Origin: Octopus vulgaris
Lineage: Eukaryota
Length of the DNA: 64,000 bases
Assembly: GCA_951406725.2 (NCBI GenBank)
Contig: OX597818.1
Location: 84,010,001-84,074,000, forward strand
Direction: 5' to 3'
Part shown: positions 25,095 through 38,121 of the stretch, one piece after another
Numbering within the stretch: position 1 is the stretch's first letter
How the letters are laid out: each line of letters opens with the position of its first letter
Position numbers and translations under genes: made by a program
Notes under the pieces: generated by a model
What the model was told of the DNA's origin: nothing
Seen by the model: the letters and a program-made list of their open reading frames with translations, nothing else
Database searches by the model: none

Positions 25095-27115
25095 AATTAC
25101 ACAAGCAAGGTCTCCAGAAGTACCTTGACCACCACAAACAACACTACGATTATTACAGCCGCTACTCCGACCATCACTACTAACAACACTACAACCAACA
25201 CAACTACAAACATCGCCACAGCTACCACCAACACTACCATCACTACTGCTCCCACCACCACCGCCACCACTACTAACACCACTACCACTCCCATTACCAT
25301 CACTACGACCAAACCATCACTTCCACCACCAACACGACGACTATCACTACTATCACCACTAATACTACCACCACCAGCACCAGCATCACCATGACTGTCT
25401 CTCTACCACAATCATTACGAACCCCACTATTATCAGCACCACTATCACTGCCACTACTGCCACCACCACTACTAACATCACCATCACAATCACCAACACT
25501 ACATCAATACCATTGCCAATAATGCTAGTACTACCACCAAACCAACAACAGCTTCTACCATCACTGCAATTAACACTCTTTCTCTACCACCACCACCACT
25601 ACTGCCAATAATATGGCCAACACTCCAACTATCACTAATACCACTCATGCTGGTTCTAACGCCACCACCACTGAAACCACTCACTACGCTACCACCATAA
25701 TACCTCGCCACGCCCTAATACCACCACCGTCACCACCACTGTAACAAGTATTATTTCCACCACCACTACCACCATCAATAAGGTTCCCTCATATTAATGC
25801 TCGCACCACCACTCAGACGGTTTCTTTAGCACTACCACCGCCGCCACAACACCGACCTCAATAACTACAGCCGATACCACCACCTTTGCATTCAGCACCA
25901 ACACCACTTCACCCTCTCCTTCCGCCACTCCATCCACGATCATCACTACACCCGTCACCACATATACCCCGTTACTGCACCTAGCACTAGACACCCACTA
26001 CCACCACAACTACAGCCTACACGATCACCACCACCACCACCACCACTACTACTACACTCACTAACACCATAAACACCCATACTACTACGTACAATATCAC
26101 CACTACCACTACCACCATCACACTCACCACTACTACCATCACCGTCACCCTTACCTTCACCACCACCACTCACACACACTCCCACTACCACCACCACCCC
26201 AACACTCACCACTACTACCACTATTACCACCATCACTATCATCACCACACTCACCACAACCACTACCACCATCACACTCAACACTACTACCATCACTATC
26301 ACCATCACTACCAATACCACTACACACACAACAAGGACGACGACCATCACCACCAATCCCACCACCACCACACTCATCACTACTACCACTATTACCACCA
26401 TCACCATCATTACCCCCACCACCATCATCGCCACTACCACCATCAACTCCACTACCACTTCCACCACACTCACCATCACTATCACTACCAATACCACTAG
26501 ACTCACGACGACGACGACGATGACTACCACTACCACCACCACCACAGCCACCACTACCACCACTACCACCACCACCACCACACTCACCACTCTCGACACC
26601 ACTTCCACAACCATTAGAAAAAGTCTATTCATCTCCGAACAGTGAACCAATCCAATTGGTTCACTGCACCTTCTGCACTGTTAACTCAATTTCTATTACT
26701 TTACAACATAATCTAATTTTACATGCACAATAGGTTGAAGATGGTGCTGGCGGTCGTGATGGTGGCAGTCGTGATGGTGGCAGTCGTGGTGGTGGTCGCG
26801 GTGGCGGCGGTCGTGGTGGCGGCGATTGTGGTGGCGGCGGTCGTGGTGGTGATGGTGGTTGTGGTGGTGATAGTGGTGATCGTGGTGATTGTAATGACGG
26901 TGCTAGTGTTGATAATGGTTGTGGTGTCCCTGTTATGGTGGTCTTTGGTAGTAGTAGTATTAGTAGTAGTAGTAGTAGTAGTAGTTGTAGTAGTAGAAGC
27001 AGCAGTAGCATCAACAGTGGTTGTGGTGGTAGTGGGAGCTGTGGTGGTGGTAGTGGTGATGGTAATGACAGTGCTTGTGTTGATAATTGTTGTGGTGTCC
27101 CCGTTACGGTGGTCT

Positions 27116-27191
<76 letters not shown>

Positions 27192-27365
27192 CAGTAGTAG
27201 CAGCAGCAGCAACAGTATCAACATCACGAACGACAGTATTCGTAGTAGTTGTAGTAGTAGACGTTCTGGTTGATGTTGCTGCTGCAGTAGGCGTATTACG
27301 TGTAAGCTGCAACAGTATTATCATTATTATTATCATTATTATTATCATTATTATCATTATTATTA

Positions 27366-27415
<50 letters not shown>

Positions 27416-27435
27416 ATTATTATTATTATTATTAT

Positions 27436-27498
<63 letters not shown>

Positions 27499-27500
27499 CC
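25095..27500. repeat. Long cryptic trinucleotide region, ACC/ACT-rich (to 26613) switching to GGT/AGT-rich (from 26740)
   Basis: Directly visible. A 171-bp-period duplication lies at ~26887 and ~27058. Confidence 0.85.
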
Positions 27501-27773
27501 ATGTAGGTATCGCATTGGAAATATCGAGTGTCGTAGAATTTGATATGTCGGAGGTGGGAGATGTCTTTTGCGTTTATGGCATTCAAATGGTGATGGCTAT
27601 AGAGTTAACGGTAGTTCTTGCAGCCGTTGCCATTATTGTTGTTGTTGCTGTTATTGTTTGTTTAGCTTCAGGTCAGTCTTGATTTTTATTTCTTACTTGT
27701 TGCAGTCATTAGATTGTGGTCATGCTGGAGCACCGCCTCGAAGAATTTTAGTAGAACGAACTGTCTCCATTAC

Positions 27774-27887
<114 letters not shown>

Positions 27888-28030
27888 ATATATATATATA
27901 TATATATCAACCGAAATTGCGAGGATAATCTGGTAGTTGACTGAGAAAAGAAAACTTCGAATGACCCGTCCTTGTTTTCTTTGTATTGTCTATCTGGATG
28001 TTTTGTTGTCCCTTGTTGGATCCCACTTTG

Positions 28031-28069
<39 letters not shown>

Positions 28070-28074
28070 TATGA

Positions 28075-28386
28075 GTCCGCTGCCCTAACCACTGGGCCAT
28101 TGCCCAGTGGTTAGGGCAGCGGACCCGCGGTTGTAGGATCGCGGTTTCGATTGCCAGACCGGGCGTTGTGAGTGTTTATCGAACTAAAACACCTAAAGCT
28201 CCACGAGGCTCCGGCAGGGGTGGTGGTGATCCCTGCTGTACTCTTTCGCTACAAGTTTCTCCCTTTCTTCTGTTGGTTTTCTCGCTTAGCCAGCGGGGTG
28301 GCGTCATTTGAAGGCTAAGACAATGCGAAGCGTATTGTGACCAGCGATGTGTAGTAACATCTGATAGCCTGGTCGGTCACGGTGAT
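28075..28386 (+). mobile_element. tRNA-derived SINE family C with an inverted duplicated 5' end
   Basis: GCCCAGTGGTTAGGGCAGCGGAC..GGTTTCGATT..AAAACACCTAAAGCTCCACGAGGCTCCGG. Head shared with 41290-41476. Confidence 0.85.
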
Positions 28387-29054
28387 ATATATATATATAT
28401 ATATATATTGAAGTCCGGTACTTATTCTCTCAGGCTTTTTCTGAACCGTTAAGTTAAGGGGACGTAAACACAACACCAACAATTTCTTACGTCCACGGAT
28501 CCAGAACCATAGGGTCTAACATGCTAATCCCTATTTCTAACATGGCCATCAACAACAATGAGACCCCCTTGTTCTTAATAGATTTCGTAATACAGAGTTA
28601 GTTGATGCTAAAAGAGTTTGTTCAAGAAGTGGCTCAAATAATTTATTATTAAATAAGAGGACGATTGATAAAGTGTGTGTTGTGATTTGGAAGTCTGAAT
28701 TTATTAACTTTAGGGAAATATCAATATTCATCTTTTATCGTTTGCTTGTGTCGGTCACTGGATGCGGCTGACTATTCTCGAGTAGCGGCTTCAAGAATTT
28801 TAGTCGAACGAATCGTGCGTATTCTGCCGTTCTCTATTTACCGGAGCGCTAATTACAGGAGGTGCAAATACAGCAACACCTCTTGTGAAGCATAATCATA
28901 AAGACACACACACTTAGATGTATATACACTTATTATCCATTTATATATCTATGCGAATATACATATATGCATGTATATACTTACATAGGTGTATACAAGT
29001 GTGCATATAAATATATATATATATGAATACTCACACACACAAACACATATATAT

Positions 29055-29173
29055 ATCGTGAAGTATATCTGCCACCTAAATGTGGCGGACCCACAGCTGA
29101 CGATGCTACTATTGTTTATAGCCCCAGGAAGTAGCATCGTCACCAAATTTAGGTGGCAAATATACTTCACGAT
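29055..29173. repeat. Fold-back hairpin containing the 5' half of a hammerhead-like motif
   Basis: ATCGTGAAGTATATCTGCCACCTAAAT pairs with ATTTAGGTGGCAAATATACTTCACGAT. Inner TGACGATGCTACT pairs with AGTAGCATCGTCA. CTGACGA at 29097. Confidence 0.85.
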
Positions 29174-29217
29174 TCCGTGCTACTACTGTTTACGTCTCGC
29201 ACAGAGATTTATTATTG

Positions 29218-29296
<79 letters not shown>

Positions 29297-29640
29297 AAAT
29301 TTCCAAGGAAACTATACGCAATATAAATCCTAAAAGGACAAATTCAATAGTTATTAATTGTGACTGACGTTGCAATTTTCACGCTACTATATTGCTCAAT
29401 CAGCCATTGATTCATATGGTAAATAATATATACTAACATTCGAGTTTAGCCAAACCATCCAGCGATGGCGTTACTACCACCGACGAGCTGTAAATTTAAG
29501 CGAAACTAGGATGGTATGGTGATATCGCTCGTTGTTATGCAAGTTATCTTCCATGTCAGTTCATAGACATGTGCTTCTTTGCGACTTCAAGGGATTTTAA
29601 CTCTTATTTCTAGTAATGCAGGTGCTACCCTATATATATA

Positions 29641-29736
<96 letters not shown>

Positions 29737-29957
29737 ATATATATATAGGAGCGTCCAATAATACTATACTTGTTCCACGTCCTCGCGTTGTTGTGTTTTC
29801 TCTTTGTGTTTTCATGTTTGTATTGACTATATATATATATAAGTTTCCCAGTAACAAATTTATTCACAAGGTTTGATCGTCCCGAGGATGTAGTAAAAGA
29901 CGCTTGCCTAAGGGAACGCGCCGTGTGACTGAATACAGAACCATAATACAGTTCTAT

Positions 29958-30130
29958 ATTTACGAGATGAGGAATTATGTACGTTATTTACATTTGACTG
30001 ATATTTGTCCTCATCTTTTTTGCTATTAACACACCATTTCGGCTGATATATCCTCCACCCTTCATCAAGTGTCTTGGGGAAATTTCGAACCTGGGTTCTC
30101 ATTCCTAAGGTCTTTTTCAATGTTATTAAC
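29958..30130 (-). mobile_element. Family F 3' module with hammerhead-like motif
   Basis: On the minus strand: GACAC-TTGATGA-AGGGTG..CAGCC-GAAATGGT-GTGTT (30028-30073). Homologous to 51602-51785 and 30376-30482. Confidence 0.7.
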
Positions 30131-30256
30131 TTTAGACTGAGTGCAGATATGAGTAGCGTATGAGAACCGGTATTAAAGGAAGGATAAGAAGGATACGAAG
30201 GATAAGAAAATATTAGATTTATAAGCCCTAAAATTTACTCCATAATTCTCCCCAAG

Positions 30257-30482
30257 CATATGGTGTAGTAGTTAAGAGCGCAGGCTACTAACCCCAAGTT
30301 AGTAACTCCAAGTTCGATTCCAAGCAGTTACCTGAATAATAATAATAATGATAATAATAATAATAATAACAACAACATCGAAAAATACTTCGAAATGACA
30401 ACCCAAGAGTGTATATCAGCTGAAACTTTGTGTTAACAACAAACAAGATATCCGTCAAATATAAATAATATAAATAATGTAC
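30257..30482 (+). mobile_element. Family F composite SINE: tRNA-like head + (AAT)n + 3' module (internally deleted)
   Basis: Head CATATGGTGTAGTAGTTAAGAGCGC..AGTTCGATTCC..CCTG, then (AAT)n, then CATCGAAAAATAC..TATATCAGCTGAAACTTTGTGTTAACAAC..TCAAATATAAATAAT. Confidence 0.75.
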
Positions 30483-31757
30483 AGAACCATAAGTTTGGAA
30501 AGTAAACTTCTTCGTATACACTAACGCCTTGTCGAAGGTGCCGCATAGTAACACTGAACTTGAAACCTCACCCGTCCAAAGCGAACTTAATTACTACACA
30601 GCCATACGTTTGCTTATATTTTGTTTCTGAACGTATTCCCACTTCGATGCAATGACTGTTGTAACGGCAAGTCAACAGAGGAAGGGTACAAGGACATAGA
30701 TATTCATCGGTATCTATCACATCGGCAGTGAGCAACTATAAAGCTTCCTTTCGCAAATCTAAGTGGGACCCCGCTTTGCTAATCTGCGTTTCTTTCGAGA
30801 ATGCATGCAACGATTCTCTGAGGTGGGGGGGTAAACACCAACTCAGACACGTGCATACCCTTCCTGCGACTGTCCTTCATGGAGACAGTCGCAGGTGAAG
30901 TCGAAACGATCGTCGTGCTGGATACAGACTAATGTCAAATCCATATTCTGCTTCATTTATCGATTATTAGTATTATTATCTCAACAAACACTGCAGAATT
31001 CCTGAAGCAGATCCAGCGGAAATATACTCTGCCAGCTCACCGCCTTGAGAAATAATTATAATAAATCAATAACATATCATGCTTTAAGGCAACAACCTGA
31101 CAAATCGTTGCCGCGTCGATCAAAATGTTTCGCAGCTTTTCTTCCTGTTCTTCACGCTTCTGGTTCAAATTCCGCCGAAACTCTCTTTGACATTCGACAT
31201 TTTGATGTCGATAAAATAAATACCAGTTTCGCACTTAGATCAAAATGATTTACTAATCTCCACCCATTTCCAATAAAATTGCCTCATTCCAAAATTTCAA
31301 GCAACTTATAATATAAACTCGTTTAGCACCGGTTGCGGTTTGAATGCATCAAGAAAGTGCTTCCTCGTAAAGTATATACACCGGACATTGTCTCTAACAG
31401 ATAAAGTTCGACTTTTGATGAGTCAATAGCAGTATGTTTGTGAGAAGTATGTGTTAATTATGTAACATTAGCTCTTCGATACTGTATGACATAAAGAATG
31501 AAAAATTGCTTTCTTACGTAAGTCAATAAAATTAATATATCTCTACCCTGTGTTTTGCATGTTCTTCATTAAAATTTCATTTGCTTCTCATTTAATGTTT
31601 CTTTTACTTTCATCGACCAACTTGCAGGTGTTTTAAAGATAAAATGAAGCGGCGAACTGTTGGGTAAACTATTATGCGCCAAGCTAACCATCGGGCTCTC
31701 AGAAAAACTCGGTTGCCGGATGTGTGAAGGTTTGCATTGATGCACAGCGTAACTATC

Positions 31758-33535
31758 CTTTCTACGAAAGGCACAAGGCGTGAAATTTTGTGGGAAAGGA
31801 CTAGTCGATTACATCGATCCCAGTGTTTCATGGGTACTTAATTTATCGACTCTGAAAGTTGACCTTGGCGGAATTTGAACTCAGAGCAGTGAACAGCAAT
31901 AACAACAACGCAAAAGTTTTACACATGCAGAGAAGAGGCACGTAGATGAGACAACGAGGGAACCTCAACAAGGTAAGGTAACTATACATGCAAGAAATGA
32001 CGGCTAAATTTCACTAAAAACAAATGCTACAATATTGATTTCAAATTTTAACACAAGGTTAGCAGTTTGGGAGGAGGGGTTTAGTTGATTGCATCGACCC
32101 TAGTATGCAACTGGTACTTGTTTTATAGACCCCGAAAGGATGAAAAGCAAAGTCTACCTCAGCGGAATTTGAACTCAGAACGTAAAGACAGACGACATGT
32201 CGCCAAGCATTTTGACCAGGGTGCTAACGATTCTCCCAGCTCGCCACCTTGATTATATGCTACAATATTCTTTTCTACTCTAATCACAAGGCCCGACATT
32301 TTAGGAGAGGGGGTCAATCGATTAGATCGACCCCAGTAAGCAACTGGTGCTTAATTTATCGACGCCGAAAGGATGAAAAGCAAAGTCGACCTCGGCGAAA
32401 TTTGAACTCAGAACATAAAGACAGACGAAATACCTATTTCTTTACAACCCAAAAGGGGCTAAACATAGAGAGGACAAACAAGGACAGACAAACGGATTAT
32501 GTCGATTATATGCTACAATACTACTCTAATCACAATGCCCGAAATTTTAGGGCTGGGGGCTAATCGATTATATCAACTCCAGTGCGTAACTGGTACTTAT
32601 TTAATCGATCTCGAAAGGATGAAAGGCAAAGTTGACCTCGGCGGAATTTGAACTCACAACGTAACGGCAGCCGAAATACCGCTAAGCATTTCGCCCGACG
32701 TGCTAACGATTCTGCTAGCTCGCCGCCTTTCAAATGCTACAATATTGAAAACAGATGAGGATGTTATTAATTTATTAAGTTCCACCGAGACGGAATTTAA
32801 ACTCAGAACATGAAGACGGACGAAATGCTTCTAAGCATTTTACCAGGTGTGCTAACGATTCTGCCAACTCGACGCCTTAGTGCACTGGGTAATTATAGAT
32901 ACACCTGAGCTGGCAGAAACGCTAGCACACCGGGAGAAATGCTTAACGGTATTTCGTCTGTCATTACGTTGTGAGTTCAAATTCCGCCGAGGCTGACTTT
33001 GCCTTTCATCCTTTCGGGGTCGATAAATTAAGTACCAGTTACGCACTGGGTTCGATATAATCGACTTAATACCTATGTCTGTCCTTGTTTGTCCTCTCTG
33101 TGTTTAGTCCCTTGTGGGTAGTAAATAAATAGATATTTCACCTGTCGTTACGTTCTGAGTTCAAATTCCACCAAGGTCGACTTTGCCTTTCATTCTGTCA
33201 GCGTCGAGAAATTAAGTACTACTTGCTTACTGGGGTCGATCTAATCAATGGGGGCCCTGCCCCCAAAATTTCGGGCCTTGTGCCTAGAGTAGAAAAGAAT
33301 ATTGTAACAGTTGATCAAGGCAGCGAGCTAGGAGAATCATTAACAAGCCGGTCAAAATGCTTAGCGGCATTTCGTCCGTCTTTACGTTCTAAGTTCAAAT
33401 TCCGCTGCGGTAGACTTTGCTTTTCATCTTTTCGAAGTCGATAAAATAAGTACCAGTTGCGTGCTGGGGTCGATGCAATCAACTAAACCCCTCCCCCTAA
33501 AACTGCTGACCTTGTGTCGAAATTTGAAATCAGTA
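31758..33535. mobile_element. Cluster of at least 8 family A SINE copies or fragments in both orientations
   Basis: Minus copies at ~31758-31886, 32039-32250, 32270-32500, 32521-32729 and 32785-32880. Plus copies at ~32905-33130, 33131-33303 and 33318-33535. Confidence 0.9.
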
Positions 33536-35500
33536 TAGTAGCATTTGTTTAAAGTGAAATTTAGCCGTCATTTCTTGCGTGTATAGGTACCATGTTGAGG
33601 TCTCCTCGTTGTCTCGTCTACATGCCTCGTCTCTGTATGTATAAAACTTTTGTATTGTTGGTATTGCAGTCGTTGTTATTGATGTTCACCGCTTGGTCAA
33701 CCTTAATCGACTTCTGATCAAAGGAATTCTATCTATGGCTAACCAGTTTTATAGAGTTATTTATAATTTCTTTATCTAATATGAACTGTCGTTAAGTAAT
33801 ACAAAGATTTCAGGAAAATTCGGTTGCTATTTCCAGCAAATCGACCGACCATGTTGAAACTCACTGTACTGCAAATGATATGTATCAAACTACTGCTTAT
33901 ATGCTTTATTTGAACATAAGACTTTTGGTAATTCTTATAAAAACATTATTTAAAAGACATAACGTCCATCTCACGTAACCGTGATATTCAAGTGGATTTT
34001 TCTGGTGCGAGTTTTGAATTTGAAGCAAGATCGCCATGATATAAGCTTGTAGAGCAGATGCATCCTTAAAGAAAGCCATCCTTTGTTTCTGTAATTGTGG
34101 TAATGATATCAAGAATATGTTTATCTGGAATTCATACTGATTAGCACCATATCATCTTTATTTAAATAAAACGGAAGAGAAATAACTTAAAGGACCAGTG
34201 ATGCGTATACAAAAAAGACAGACTAATACAGGCATATAAATAAATATTTGATTCAAAATTATCTCCGCTTCTATGCTTACCGAATGGCAATTAAAAATAG
34301 CTCCACTTGAAGAGGGGAGACAATCTAAAGATTCAAGAATACTAAAAATTTGATCAGCTATTAAGTCATCAGCACGGCATTTGTTCGAATTTATTTCCAA
34401 TGGTTAAGAGATTATCTCCCTTTCTCGACATGGGCTAGTCGTAATTGCAGCTTGATAAATATATTACATACTGCAGAGACAGAGATAATTGTAATAAATC
34501 AAGAATTTTTGCATGGCATTTCATATTCCAGTATTTGTGTAATGTAATTCAACGAACCAATAAACAAATATCCATCAGTCTTGACCCCTGAAGACTTGAC
34601 TTCCAAACTTTGACTATGAAGGATTGACCACTAAGCATTATTGTAAATCTTAGACTAGATTGTCTTGTAGCTCCTTCTCTGATTTTAAACAGCATGGTGT
34701 GATTTGTGAAAATGGTTGCTTAGAATAATTAACTGTAGATTTATTTATATCATGCAAATATTAGGTATTCTAATCGACATTGTGTCCTACTATTTAATTA
34801 ACTATGCAGGCAAATAGCATATTATATGCAAATCAAGAATTGTATTGATGTTATTTCCTTATAATTTGCTCTTTTATATAATGATTTAAACTTCTATATC
34901 TGATGGTGGATGATTAATTAGAGTGCGTTGTCTCTGATGAGTGTTCATATCCAAAACAGATTTATAAGACGATTCCCTGGTACTTTTATGTTTAGTTCCC
35001 TGGTACGGTTCTGTTTAGAGAAGACAATGCCAAAAGCGATGTGTTTGGATTTGTTTGGAAACTCCACATTCAAAATTCCTTCTAGTAAATACCAGTAGAT
35101 ATTTATACAAGCATACGATGTTTCCACTTCTGATCACTGTTATTAAAAGGTGGATAATCAGTACATCATAATGAGTGAGGATTAGAAAATTGAAATTAAG
35201 GAATTCGAAAAGTGAGGTGCATAAAATTCTCATATCTATTTGTATGTTTGTTTTTTAACTCACAACAAATTTCTTGAATTGCTATTCGTTGATATTCATG
35301 TATAGCACTATCTGGATAATACATGTTTAAGGAATATATGCAGAAAGATGGATAGACAGGTAGGTAGGTAGGTTAGTAGGTAGACACATACATACATACG
35401 TAGACATATACATACATACGTACGTACATACATACATACATACATACATACATACATAAATACATACATACATACATACATATATACATACATACATATA

Positions 35501-35534
<34 letters not shown>

Positions 35535-36269
35535 CATACATACATACGTACATGCTCGCACGGCAGTTTATTGATCAAAATAGCTCTTTTCTTTCTTGAA
35601 TGAAATAGATTGATCAAGTACGCAGATGGCTGTAACCATATTAGAATATAAGTAAACAGCATATGTTCAACAACGAACTATTTTTTTCCTCGCGGCTTAA
35701 TCCAAAATAGACGAAAACACTACTTTAACAGTAGTCGAGTAAAATAATACACCAATACAATGCCATGCCTTTTAGGCAAAAGAAGTACAAGTAATTAATT
35801 ATATTCTTCACAATTTTTTCGTGTAATGAGGTGATCCATTTTCTGTTTCTGTAACTATACTATGATTATATGATTATATACATTAAAGAAGACTCTTAGT
35901 TTTAATTGCAAATGCTCTTCTGATCTGATTTCCGTAACTACATAAATACAACACAACAATTGTAATTCTAGTGAAGAACTGCATCAAAATGGGCGGCAAG
36001 ACGTCTGTATATTTCCATATATTTGATGAACATCTTCATATCTTTAAAGGAATGTGTGATGGCAACAGAGAAGCAATATGTGTGCATCCAACAGGATATA
36101 CTGGATTTTCAAACTAAAAAAATACAGAACGTCTGAAGAAAACATGGTGGCAGAATACATCCTGGGACCCATGCTTAAAACATGATTTACATTACAATGA
36201 CAGTTTTCGAAATACTGCTTACTTAAATATTTTTCTGCTTACATTTGTATTAACTAGCAACAAAATCAT

Positions 36270-36354
<85 letters not shown>

Positions 36355-36355
<1 letters not shown>

Positions 36356-36937
36356 GAGTGAGAGATTAGTACATGCCATCAAAGTGACACTAGGATAAAA
36401 TATACGGAGCCCAGTATAACCATCAAATCTACTCGTCTCATAAGGGTACACTAGGCACGTGCATCACAGCCAAATGTGCACAACATAGTGAATTATATTA
36501 AGATAAATAGCGCATGACGTTGCAGATAAGGCGCGGTTAGAATTTTCTTCAGGTCGTGTAAGCCCCTCCTGCTCGAGTAGCACCTTCTGCTCATGTAGCC
36601 CATCCTGTTCAAGTAGCCCATCCTGAATAAGGGTTGTTTCAGTATGTTGAACGAAACACCCATGTTTCCAGAGGAGAATTATTCAAACCCTAAAGAATTC
36701 AACTCAATACATAGTTATGATGCTCTCCCATTATTTCTGCTCGTGATCAGAGATGCGCATATCGTCAGCCACTAAGGGATATGCTCAACTGGTTAAAGTC
36801 AAGCAACTGACAAACCAGCAGAATATTTGATATAGCACCAGTTTTGCACCAAGACAAACTATGTACACGGTAACACAAGCAATCACTTAACATCAAAAGC
36901 CATGAAGGCCAGTTCCAAGTACTGCATCAGGGCATTT
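36355..36937 (-). mobile_element. Family G element, second copy, adjoining (ATT)n
   Basis: Diverged reverse complement of 1368-1920. (ATT)n at 36271-36354, and TTATTATTAATATTATTATT after it. Confidence 0.8.
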
Positions 36938-36955
36938 ATTATTAATATTATTATT

Positions 36956-37145
36956 AAGACAGCGAATTAGCAGAATCGTTAGCACGCCGGGCGCTACGTT
37001 CTGAGTTCAAATTCCACCGAGGTCAACTTTGCCTTTCATCATTTCAGGGTCGATCAATTAATTATCAGTCAAGTACTGAGGTCGGTGTAACCAACTAGAC
37101 TTCTTCCCTAAAATTTCAGGCCCTGTGCCTATGGTAGAAAGGATT
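36956..37145 (+). mobile_element. SINE family A (tail type 2)
   Basis: GCAGAATCGTTAGCACGCCGGGCG..AAATTTCAGGCCCTGTGCCTATGGTAGAAAGG, followed by (ATT)n. Confidence 0.8.
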
Positions 37146-37208
37146 ATTATTATTATTATTATTATTATTATTTTATTATTATTATTATTATTATTGTTAT
37201 TATTATTG

Positions 37209-37423
<215 letters not shown>

Positions 37424-37512
37424 ATGTCAGAGATTCTTTAATAAGAAATAGGCACACACATGCATTCATATACACATTGAGGTACACAGCTCGGTGTGTG
37501 TGTGCTTGCTCT

Positions 37513-37564
<52 letters not shown>

Positions 37565-37613
37565 CATACATACATACTACATACATACATACATACATAC
37601 ACACACATATAAA

Positions 37614-37663
<50 letters not shown>

Positions 37664-37680
37664 CATGTATATATCTTGAT

Positions 37681-37840
37681 ATAGGTGTGGCTGTGTGGGA
37701 AGAAGTTTGCTTCCGAACCACAATGGTTCCGGCTTCAGTGCCACGCCGTGACACCTTGGACAAGTGTCTTCTACTATAGCCTCGGGCCGGCCAAAGCCTT
37801 GTGAGTTGATTTGGTAGACGGAAACTGAAGGAAGCCCGTC

Positions 37841-37893
<53 letters not shown>

Positions 37894-38121
37894 TGTGTGT
37901 GTGTGTATGAATATATTTGTGAGTCTGTGTGTCTGTGTTTCCCCACCATCGCTTGACAAGCGATGCTGGCGTGCTTACGTCCCCGTAACTTAACGGTTCG
38001 GCAAAAGATACCGATAGATTAAGTACGAGGTTTACAAAGAATATGTTCTGCGGTCGATTTGTTCGACTAAAGGCGGCACTCCAGCATGGCCGTTGTCAAC
38101 TGACTAAAACAAGTAAAAGAA
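37681..38121 (+). mobile_element. SINE family B, full length
   Basis: GTGTGGCTGTGTGGGAAGAAGTTTGC..CTATAGCCTCGGGCCGGCCAAAGCCTTGTGAG..AAACAAGTAAAAGA. Confidence 0.88.

Noticed and set aside
28102-28160. tRNA gene calls for SINE heads (also 41410-41476, 54108-54170, 59590-59650)
   Set aside because: They have A/B boxes but no intact acceptor stem, and continue into SINE bodies.
32021-32748. Short repeats separated by ~230-bp units, superficially CRISPR-like
   Set aside because: The 'spacers' are homologous SINE copies, the context is eukaryotic, and there are no cas genes.
33950-34520. Possible decayed LINE or exon sequence
   Set aside because: Only weak hints (ESHPLF, APLEEGR) with many stops; not assignable.
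34930-34970. GTCT-CTGATGA..CAAAAC..AGAC hammerhead-like string
   Set aside because: There is no GAAA and no credible stem II or III.
35980-36190. Possible RTE 3' remnant (..RLKKTW)
   Set aside because: Too degenerate to support.
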